64,000 nucleotides of DNA. It comes from a virus. The DNA lies in the IMG/VR virus record IMGVR_UViG_3300042507_005574. One strand, 5' to 3'. Position 1 is the first letter of the stretch. Every line of letters starts with the position of its first letter. The position numbers and the translations under genes were made by a program. The notes under the pieces are model-generated. The model saw only the letters and a list, made by a program, of their open reading frames with translations. It made no database searches and had not been told where the DNA came from. Shown here one piece after another: positions 41,835 to 49,795 of the stretch.

Positions 41835-42712
41835 TTGGCGTTGTAAGAGCAGCATCAACTTCAAAAACAATATACAACTACCAACTCATATCCGAAACAC
41901 AATTCGGGGCGAGTGCGGGGGCGCAATCATATTCTATTCCCGCAGGAACTATTTACATTGACATAGAAATGTTTGGTGGCGGTGGCGGCGGTGGAGCGGC
42001 AAACTCTTTCACCTTTAATAGAAATACATGGTACAGTGGGGCAGGCGGTGGTGCTGGAGGTGGTTATGTGAGAGCAAAATATTTTGGTGATGCGGACGGG
42101 AAAGATGAGGTGGTTGGTGCTATAACAGGAAATATGCAGGCTGGAGATACAATACACTTTACTGTTGGTGCGGCTGGTGCAGGAGCCGCTGCAAACGGTG
42201 GTTGGGGTGCAAGTGGTGGAGCAACTTACTTACAGTCTCACCAAAGAAGTGGGACAACAATACTAACATTTGCTGGATTAACTGCATCTGGTGGAGGTGG
42301 CGGTCAAGGTGGAAGAGTTGATGGTGGTAGAGCCATTGGAGGTGCAACTGCTCAATCTGTATCATCTCTTAGCATATATTTTATAGATGGAAGTGCATCA
42401 AGATCTGGTGTCGTTGGTGGATTGACATCAACATCAGGAAGTTTTGGTGGCACTGGATCATCAGGAGCAGTCTCTGGAATAACATCAAGTATTTCTTCAT
42501 ATCAGAATGGCGGTTCGGGCGGCAATTTTGTGACGAACCAACAACCTAGAAATGGCACATCAACAATTGATCAGAGACAGTTTCCATACCTATACACCGG
42601 TGTTGCTGGTGGTGGCGGTGGGGGTGGTTATAACGAAGCAGGAACTGGTCTTACTGCTAGACAAGGTGCAACAGGTGGAATTGGTGCAGTTGTAATCAGG
42701 GCATATGGATGA
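41831..42712 (+). CDS. Glycine-rich tail-fibre-associated protein
   Basis: GGGGGGGA, GGGAGGGY, VGAAGAG and GATGGIGAVVIR motifs. Confidence 0.7.
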   Translation: MIGVVRAASTSKTIYNYQLISETQFGASAGAQSYSIPAGTIYIDIEMFGGGGGGGAANSFTFNRNTWYSGAGGGAGGGYVRAKYFGDADGKDEVVGAITGNMQAGDTIHFTVGAAGAGAAANGGWGASGGATYLQSHQRSGTTILTFAGLTASGGGGGQGGRVDGGRAIGGATAQSVSSLSIYFIDGSASRSGVVGGLTSTSGSFGGTGSSGAVSGITSSISSYQNGGSGGNFVTNQQPRNGTSTIDQRQFPYLYTGVAGGGGGGGYNEAGTGLTARQGATGGIGAVVIRAYG

Positions 42713-43281
42713 CAAGAATTAAAGTAAATATTCCTGAGGGTAAGATTGGAGAGTGGTCTATCAAAAAATTTACGGGAGACCACACTACAATCTACAATCA
42801 AGCACATAATCAAGAAACAACTAGATTATATCATAATGATAATGAAGTATATGATGAATATACATTTCTCATTCATGATGTCTATGGACCAATTATGCAA
42901 GACACTATGTCCGAGTACCGTGAACATGAGCCTCTTTGGGGTGGTGCGACAGGAGATGTTCTTATAGCGGGTCTAGGAATTGGATTTGTCAATCAAAAAT
43001 TAATAGACAATCCAAATGTAACATCAATAACTATAGTAGAAAAAAACAAAGATGTGATTGATTTAGTTTGGCCGTATTGTCCTAAAAATCAATCATTTAC
43101 TTTAGTTCATGCTGATATAGAAACATGGACTCCACCGCAAAGATCACATTGGAACTATGCTTGGTTTGATTCTTGGGGAGGCGATAATCAAATGAATTTA
43201 ACAGATTATCAACAGTTTATCACCAACAAATATCAACCCTATTGTGATACCATTGGTGTTTGGAATCCAATACTTTTTTGA
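42709..43281 (+). CDS. Class I SAM-dependent methyltransferase (spermidine-synthase-like motif I)
   Basis: GDVLIAGLGIG, ITIVEKNKDVIDLV, HAD and WFDSW. Confidence 0.7.
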   Translation: MTRIKVNIPEGKIGEWSIKKFTGDHTTIYNQAHNQETTRLYHNDNEVYDEYTFLIHDVYGPIMQDTMSEYREHEPLWGGATGDVLIAGLGIGFVNQKLIDNPNVTSITIVEKNKDVIDLVWPYCPKNQSFTLVHADIETWTPPQRSHWNYAWFDSWGGDNQMNLTDYQQFITNKYQPYCDTIGVWNPILF

Positions 43282-43296
43282 TCTTTTGAATAGTCC

Positions 43297-43335
43297 TTGC
43301 TATTAGCACAATGGTGCTGTATCATGGTCTAAATA
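43297..43335 (+). promoter_or_regulatory. Tandem sigma70-like and late promoters upstream of nrdJ
   Basis: TTGCTA-17nt-TATCAT (with GCTG before the -10), then CTAAATA at 43329-43335. Confidence 0.5.
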
Positions 43336-43359
43336 CACCGCACAACCAAGGAGTGAAGT

Positions 43360-45321
43360 ATGTCTGACGAGATTCGACTGCCGACCGAGTACCAGCAATT
43401 TATTCATTTATCACGCTATTCAAGATGGCTTGAAAATAAGGGACGAAGAGAAACTTGGGAAGAGACAGTCAATCGCTATTTCAACTTCTTCGATAAGCAC
43501 CTTGCAATTTTTACTAAAGGAAAGTTGTCGAAGGCAGAGCGTGAAGAACTTCGTCAGGCAGTTCTTAACCTTGAGGTGCTTCCTTCAATGCGATGTCTCA
43601 TGACAGCAGGTGAAGCCCTTGAACGAGACAACATTGCTGGATACAACTGTGCCTATGTTCACATCAATCGGGTTCGTGCATTCGATGAGATTCTCTATGT
43701 TCTCATGTGTGGTACGGGGGTTGGATTCTCTGTCGAGCGTCAGTTTGTTGAGAAGTTACCCACCATTGCCGAAGAGTTCAGCGATAGCGATACCCTCATC
43801 AATGTTGCCGATTCAAAGCAGGGTTGGGCAAAGGCTTTCCGTGAACTGATCAGTCTTCTCATCGTAGGTCAGATCCCCAAGTGGGATGTGTCAAAGGTTC
43901 GTCCTGCGGGTGCTCGACTGAAGACATTCGGTGGCAGAGCATCTGGTCCTCGTCCACTTGAAGATCTATTCAAGTTCACCGTGGAGACTTTCCGAAAGTC
44001 TGCGGGTCGCAAGTTGACTTCAATCGAATGTCATGACATTGTTTGCAAGATCGCAGAGATCGTAGTTGTCGGGGGCGTTCGTCGCTCGGCACTCATTTCA
44101 CTTTCAGAACTTGGCGATGAGCGAATGCGTAATGCCAAGAGCGGTGCTTGGTGGGAGGCAAATCCGCAACGGGCACTCGCAAACAATAGCGTTGCATACA
44201 AGGAAAAGCCTGAAATCGGAACTTTCATGCAGGAGTGGCTGTCTCTCTACAACAGCAAGAGTGGTGAGCGTGGTATCTTCAATAGAGCCGCAGCACAAAA
44301 GACTGTTTCAAAGTTAGGTGATCGTCGTGATCCTAACCATGAATTTGGAACGAATCCCTGCTCTGAAATCATTCTTCGTGATCGTGAGTTCTGTAATCTT
44401 ACGGAGATCATCATTCGTCCAACAGACACCGTAGAAGATCTTCTGAGAAAGGCTCGTATTGCTGCCATTCTAGGTACGATGCAAGCATCACTCACTAATT
44501 TCCAATATATTTCTTCTGAGTGGTCGAAGAATTGTAAGGAAGAAGCACTTCTTGGCGTTTCCATGACTGGTCAGTTGGACAACAAGATGATGCTTTCGAT
44601 GTCTGATAATAGTGATCTTCTTTTGCCGTCTTCACTACCAAATATTCTTGAGACCGTGAAGAACAAAACCATTGAAGTGAATGCAGAATGGGCAAAGAGA
44701 CTTGGTATCAATCCCGCTGCTGCAATTACATGTGTCAAGCCTTCGGGAACTGTTTCTCAGTTGACTGATGCTGCTTCAGGAATGCACCCAAGACACAGTC
44801 AATACTACATTCGCACGGTTCGTGCAGACATCAAAGATCCCCTCTGTCAGATGATGCAGGAGGCAGGATTCCCTTCTGAGCCTTGCGTAATGCGTCCCGA
44901 CCACACTAGAGTATTTTCATTCCCCATGAAGTCTCCTGATGGGTGTTTGACACGCAATGATCTAACTGCAATTGAACATCTGAATCTTTGGTTGACCTAT
45001 CAGAGACATTGGTGTGAACATAAGCCGTCTATTACCATTACCGTTCGTGAACACGAATGGATGGATGTTGGTGCTTGGGTGTATGAACACTTTGATGAGG
45101 TGTCTGGAATTTCCTTCCTGCCCCACAGCGACCACTCATACAAGCAGGCTCCGTATCAAGATTGCACAAAGGAAGAATATGAAACCCTTTTGGCTCAAAT
45201 GCCAAAGAATGTAAACTGGTCTGATCTCTCCAAGTATGAGAAGGAAGATAGAACGGCTGGATCTCAAACCTATGCTTGTTCAGGAGATAAATGTGAATTG
45301 GTGGATTTGACATCCTCATAA
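43360..45321 (+). CDS. nrdJ: Class II (adenosylcobalamin-dependent) ribonucleotide reductase, monomeric RTPR type
   Basis: RRETWEETV, PSMR, YNCA, GTGVGFS, GGVRRSALI, GTNPCSEI, TCVKPSGTVS, WCEHKPSIT, and C-terminal CSGDKC. Confidence 0.93.
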   Translation: MSDEIRLPTEYQQFIHLSRYSRWLENKGRRETWEETVNRYFNFFDKHLAIFTKGKLSKAEREELRQAVLNLEVLPSMRCLMTAGEALERDNIAGYNCAYVHINRVRAFDEILYVLMCGTGVGFSVERQFVEKLPTIAEEFSDSDTLINVADSKQGWAKAFRELISLLIVGQIPKWDVSKVRPAGARLKTFGGRASGPRPLEDLFKFTVETFRKSAGRKLTSIECHDIVCKIAEIVVVGGVRRSALISLSELGDERMRNAKSGAWWEANPQRALANNSVAYKEKPEIGTFMQEWLSLYNSKSGERGIFNRAAAQKTVSKLGDRRDPNHEFGTNPCSEIILRDREFCNLTEIIIRPTDTVEDLLRKARIAAILGTMQASLTNFQYISSEWSKNCKEEALLGVSMTGQLDNKMMLSMSDNSDLLLPSSLPNILETVKNKTIEVNAEWAKRLGINPAAAITCVKPSGTVSQLTDAASGMHPRHSQYYIRTVRADIKDPLCQMMQEAGFPSEPCVMRPDHTRVFSFPMKSPDGCLTRNDLTAIEHLNLWLTYQRHWCEHKPSITITVREHEWMDVGAWVYEHFDEVSGISFLPHSDHSYKQAPYQDCTKEEYETLLAQMPKNVNWSDLSKYEKEDRTAGSQTYACSGDKCELVDLTSS

Positions 45322-45348
45322 TTCAGTATAAATAATATCGGGTATATT

Positions 45349-45711
45349 ATGCAAACTCTTGCGATACAAGCACTTTGGTTAGGATTTATCCTTTACCTTC
45401 TCTACGAGACATCGGCAGTATATTCCTATATTTCATCTTGGCCGATGAGACTTTTTAAGAGGTGGAGTAAAATTCACCAATATGAAAAGACAGCAGCAGA
45501 TTCAATCAGTTACTGTGATTGGATGCTGTCTCATCACAACAAATCTTTCTTAGTTAAATTGTTGTCATGTAGATATTGCTTTGGGGTTTGGTTATCATTA
45601 GGTATCTGTATGATAACAAATTCACCTGAAAATATACCGATTGTGTATTTTGGTGGACAATTAATTTGCTCTTTGTTTGCATTCGCTGAAAGGAAAATGA
45701 GAGATGAATGA
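45349..45711 (+). CDS. Membrane protein with CxxC (DUF1360-like)
   Basis: Hydrophobic segments and LLSCRYCFGVW; TATAAATA at 45327-45334. Confidence 0.55.
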   Translation: MQTLAIQALWLGFILYLLYETSAVYSYISSWPMRLFKRWSKIHQYEKTAADSISYCDWMLSHHNKSFLVKLLSCRYCFGVWLSLGICMITNSPENIPIVYFGGQLICSLFAFAERKMRDE

Positions 45712-46003
45712 GATTATATTCGAAGGTCCGGATGATTTGTACAATAAAATTGGCGACAAAGCGTTAGATGGTGAGGCACATAAACCTCTCATCAGTATCC
45801 ATGCAACAATCAGAATGTTTAGAGATCCTAACACTTGCAGTTGCAAAAAGGGGAAAAAGGTTCAAGATAAAATCGTAGGCATGTACATGTCACTTCCGCC
45901 GTCGATTAGAATTGATCCTTTCCGTGAAAATATAAAAGCACTTTTTGACAACTCAGTTTTAATTTTTAAGATCAACGGCTTGGAGTTTGCACGGATAGAA
46001 TAA
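45704..46003 (+). CDS. Hypothetical protein
   Basis: 99-aa ORF overlapping both neighbours. Confidence 0.55.
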   Translation: MNEIIFEGPDDLYNKIGDKALDGEAHKPLISIHATIRMFRDPNTCSCKKGKKVQDKIVGMYMSLPPSIRIDPFRENIKALFDNSVLIFKINGLEFARIE

Positions 46004-46602
46004 TGGCATCTACGAACAATATATTTGTTAAGTTCGTTAGAGAGACACTTCGTGAGAATGGTCTTGAACTAAATCTAAAAAACACAAAATTCGTCAAAAC
46101 CGATGGATCTATGTGTTGGGGGTTTTTTGACGAAAAGCAAATATGTGTAGCAAAAAATAATCCCCGATGGATTGAAGTTTTGGCTCATGAGTATTCCCAT
46201 TTCATTCAATGGAAAAGGGGAACCGAATTATACAAAAAATGCTTTGGTCCGACTAACAACTATGCCGATGTTGTTGAGGATTGGCTTATTGGTAAAGATT
46301 TTGATAGTAGAAGAGTTAAAAAAGCATTTGAAACATATCGGTCTATGGAACGAGAATGTGAAAAGATTACTGTGAAGGTGATGCAGCGACACGGTATAAA
46401 ATTTGATTTGGAGAGATATACTCAAGAATCGAACTGTCACATTTACATGTACCATTACATGGAAAGAAGAAGAAAAAGTTCATTCAATAATGAGCCGACG
46501 AAAAACTGGAGAATCGTAAGGCAAATGCCTTCATCTTTCAGAGTTCAGTCGCATAAAACCCTACCAAAAGAAATAGATGCAGTAATGGATAGTCTATTGT
46601 GA
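46003..46602 (+). CDS. Putative HExxH zinc metallopeptidase
   Basis: VLAHEYSHFIQW with a downstream MERECE third-ligand motif. Confidence 0.65.
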   Translation: MASTNNIFVKFVRETLRENGLELNLKNTKFVKTDGSMCWGFFDEKQICVAKNNPRWIEVLAHEYSHFIQWKRGTELYKKCFGPTNNYADVVEDWLIGKDFDSRRVKKAFETYRSMERECEKITVKVMQRHGIKFDLERYTQESNCHIYMYHYMERRRKSSFNNEPTKNWRIVRQMPSSFRVQSHKTLPKEIDAVMDSLL

Positions 46603-46620
46603 GATACTAAATAGTAGGCT

Positions 46621-49377
46621 ATGGCTCACTATAGACTATTCAATGCATATCCTTCTTTTGGATCCACTTTTACCGAAAATGATGTAGTACTGAATAACCC
46701 CATTCCGAATTACGGAATGATGGCTACACATTTGACCGACTACTTCGAAAATCAAATGTCTGAAACTACGGTTTCTGGTACCGATTATCTGTCGGCATTT
46801 ATTGCATCAAATAAGAGTCTGACGAGTATCGTTGAATCTGACATGACCGCAATGGCAAATGATGTCTCAATAGATTTTGGAATAACTTCATCTACTATTG
46901 GGTATGCTGCATTGGATTTCCGTGGAGAGTCATGGAAATATCTAATTGGCGATGGAATCATTGGACCGAGCAATATCAACAACACACCAGCATTTACTGA
47001 AACATTGAATGCTGCAACAAATATACTCAACTTCTTTAGAGGAAAATACCCTTCAATTAAATGGGCATTTGTTGGATTACCTCACCTTCCAAAGTACACA
47101 TGCTTTGCTCCTACTGCTGGTTCGTCTTTTTCATGGGGTGAAGGTCTCACAAATAATCCGGGTACAACAAACAATCACTGGGACGCATCACATCCAACGG
47201 GGCCATCAGGCATGTCAGGGTCTTACGGTGATAGAATATTTGAATGGAACCATACTCCTAGTAATTTGGCTGCATTCTATAAATCAAGAGTCATCGAAAG
47301 AACAAGACCAATACTAGAGGCTTCTGGTTGGTTGTGCCCCGACATTAATCCAGTTGGAACGGACAGTACGCAATTCGGATACTATGTCCATTCAATCTTT
47401 GCTCATAACTCATATACAACTGAGTTAATTAGAACTGCAAAAGAGTTTTCTCAATCTAGACTTGTGGATTGTAAAATTATTCCAGTGTTTAACAGTATGA
47501 TGAGGTCTAGGGAAAGTCATGTGTTTGACGATCCATTTGGTCAATTCAAAATAAGACGAGAAACTGAACCTGGTGGACCAAATATAGACATTCAATATCT
47601 CGCAGGATTCTCAGGTGGGTCGGGCAGTTTATATGCATCCGACATTGACTTGAGTCTCTCATTTTTAAGATCTGCCATGCTTGAGCCTGCCGCACTGAAT
47701 GGAGCAGTAGGATTTATTTACGAGGATAACATTCCTCTTATGGTAAATTTTGCATGTACTGGATCAACATCACACACTGCTCAAGAAGAAGAGGCAATAC
47801 TTAGAGCAAAAAATTTCATATCTAACACCGTCTATGATAGAACCGATATATCTTTAATTCCTTGGACATCGGTTAAAAATGAAGTTCTAAGTGTATTATC
47901 TTACAAAATAACAGCAGCACAACTTAGAGTCATATCCGAATCAATTCCTATAGGAAACTCTTGGTCATTTGTGGACAACAGAATTCAAGTTCCAGATGGA
48001 GAAAGTGTTGATGTTTCAGAATATAGAAGTGTCTTCTGGAAAAGATGTAATGCAGGGGTATGCACCGATGCAGGAGAATCATCATTCCGAGAATATAGAG
48101 AATCAAATCCATTAATTGCTGAGTGTGATGGTTGTGGTCCCCCACCACCCGACTGCAATCGTGGTGCTTGTTGTTATGAAGAGGGTGGTGTAGGTTTTTG
48201 TGGGGATGACATATGTGAAGGTGATTGTGCTGGTAATTTTATTCCACTGAGTTCAAATGTATGCGGAGCAGGAGTTCCAATCACATGTGCAAATCTCGGT
48301 GGTGCTGGTGTGGGAGAAGCAGCACCATGTTCAGAAGTAGGATTTGAAAACCGTTGTTGGACAGATATCATAGGACCACCACCTCCACCTGATCCGTGTT
48401 GTGTTGCACAAGGTCTAGATCCAGAAAAACCTTGCGTTGAAGTTAAGATTTGTTCTTATGACTGCACATTCTGCGACAATATTGATCGAGACTGTGATGG
48501 AATTCCAGATGCACCAAACGGTTGCGCCTCGCCTCCTCTTCCACCAGGTACTATAGAAGAGACAACAAAAGAAAGAACATGTAGAAAGTACCGAATTGCG
48601 GCAGGAGCATGTTGCTGTGTAGATTGTACAGGATTTCCTGGCGATACTCCTGGACTTGATAGAGATCCTCCGCAGTGTAGTGAAGGTCCAGCAGGAGGTC
48701 CACCAAACGGTCAATTTGGAACATTTGGTGGAATAGCAGGAGCAATTCGTTGTGGTCAAAACGATACCTCAACTTTACCGCTTGCTCCTGGTGGTTTTCA
48801 GTTTTGCCACGATCCTGCTCAACCTTGGCTCGACAAAGATGGTTGTCTGAAACCATGTGAAAACTTTGCATCGGTTTCAAATGATCTATGTGAATGTTGT
48901 GCAGAAAGATCTCCGAGTGGATATGAAAATCCCGATGGCACACGATGTTGTAATACTGACTCAGGACTCAGTTTTTTATGCCCTAGAGATAACTGTTTTC
49001 AACCATGTGTAAATGGTGGAGGAACAGAGTTAGACTGGCAAACAATTACTGAATCTTTATTTCAAAGTTTGTCTTTAGAACAGCAAAAATTAGTTGCAGA
49101 AGACATCTATAATTTCAATCTATATGGACATTTAGATGCAGAGACAAAACTAATTGTTGAAAACATAGCAAAGAGAACTAGGAGATTTGGATTATCAACT
49201 ATGAGAGATAGAGGCCAAGTGATGAACACTATTTCTCTTTATGAAGATATTACCAATCCAAGGAAAAACACAGTTCTTAATCTAAAGAATAATTACTTAC
49301 CTTCAGTCGAAACAGTCAATAGAATCAAATCGGAGTTTGCATTTGACAGATTCTTATTGCCAATCTCATATAAGTAA
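46621..49377 (+). CDS. Large late protein: glycoside-hydrolase-like N-terminal domain + very Cys-rich domain
   Basis: Late promoter CTAAATA at 46607; GACC-type Cys repeats and poly-Pro from ~48040 to 49010. Confidence 0.6.
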   Translation: MAHYRLFNAYPSFGSTFTENDVVLNNPIPNYGMMATHLTDYFENQMSETTVSGTDYLSAFIASNKSLTSIVESDMTAMANDVSIDFGITSSTIGYAALDFRGESWKYLIGDGIIGPSNINNTPAFTETLNAATNILNFFRGKYPSIKWAFVGLPHLPKYTCFAPTAGSSFSWGEGLTNNPGTTNNHWDASHPTGPSGMSGSYGDRIFEWNHTPSNLAAFYKSRVIERTRPILEASGWLCPDINPVGTDSTQFGYYVHSIFAHNSYTTELIRTAKEFSQSRLVDCKIIPVFNSMMRSRESHVFDDPFGQFKIRRETEPGGPNIDIQYLAGFSGGSGSLYASDIDLSLSFLRSAMLEPAALNGAVGFIYEDNIPLMVNFACTGSTSHTAQEEEAILRAKNFISNTVYDRTDISLIPWTSVKNEVLSVLSYKITAAQLRVISESIPIGNSWSFVDNRIQVPDGESVDVSEYRSVFWKRCNAGVCTDAGESSFREYRESNPLIAECDGCGPPPPDCNRGACCYEEGGVGFCGDDICEGDCAGNFIPLSSNVCGAGVPITCANLGGAGVGEAAPCSEVGFENRCWTDIIGPPPPPDPCCVAQGLDPEKPCVEVKICSYDCTFCDNIDRDCDGIPDAPNGCASPPLPPGTIEETTKERTCRKYRIAAGACCCVDCTGFPGDTPGLDRDPPQCSEGPAGGPPNGQFGTFGGIAGAIRCGQNDTSTLPLAPGGFQFCHDPAQPWLDKDGCLKPCENFASVSNDLCECCAERSPSGYENPDGTRCCNTDSGLSFLCPRDNCFQPCVNGGGTELDWQTITESLFQSLSLEQQKLVAEDIYNFNLYGHLDAETKLIVENIAKRTRRFGLSTMRDRGQVMNTISLYEDITNPRKNTVLNLKNNYLPSVETVNRIKSEFAFDRFLLPISYK

Positions 49378-49395
49378 TACAGAAAGGAGAAAGCC

Positions 49396-49509
49396 ATGTC
49401 AGAATTTCTAGGTACAACTTGGTGGAGTGTCCTCATGTTTATTGCTGGTGCTTTGATCGGTGCGCCACTTTGGAAGTGGGTATCGTCAAAAATGCCTTGG
49501 AACAATTGA
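49396..49509 (+). CDS. 37-aa single-pass membrane peptide (not in ORF track)
   Basis: MSEFLGTTWWSVLMFIAGALIGAPLWKWVSSKMPWNN*; strong RBS AAGGAGA; followed by a terminator. Confidence 0.75.
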   Translation: MSEFLGTTWWSVLMFIAGALIGAPLWKWVSSKMPWNN

Positions 49510-49532
49510 GTTCCTTAAAATAATAAACGGAC

Positions 49533-49560
49533 CAACGGGGGGAGAAATCCCCCCGTTTTC
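49533..49560 (+). terminator. Rho-independent terminator
   Basis: AACGGGGGGA-GAAA-TCCCCCCGTT stem-loop followed by Ts. Confidence 0.8.
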
Positions 49561-49591
49561 AATAGTATCTTCGTGAACTAAATAGATTGAA

Positions 49592-49795
49592 ATGCCAAAA
49601 CTTTATACAGATCTTCTCAAATCCCTTGAAGAGTGGGTTGCACACACCGCAAGGGTATCATCACGACTTAGCACCCGCACAGACCTCTCCATTAAGGCTA
49701 AGAAGCCGAGCGTGATACAACCGACACAAGTTCCCTTCTCCAAGAAAGAGAAGGCTCGTAGGGGCATACACGGCTTCCAGATAGGAGAAAAATAA
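49592..49795 (+). CDS. Small basic hypothetical protein
   Basis: 67 aa; late promoter CTAAATA at 49578; stop overlaps the next start. Confidence 0.55.
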   Translation: MPKLYTDLLKSLEEWVAHTARVSSRLSTRTDLSIKAKKPSVIQPTQVPFSKKEKARRGIHGFQIGEK

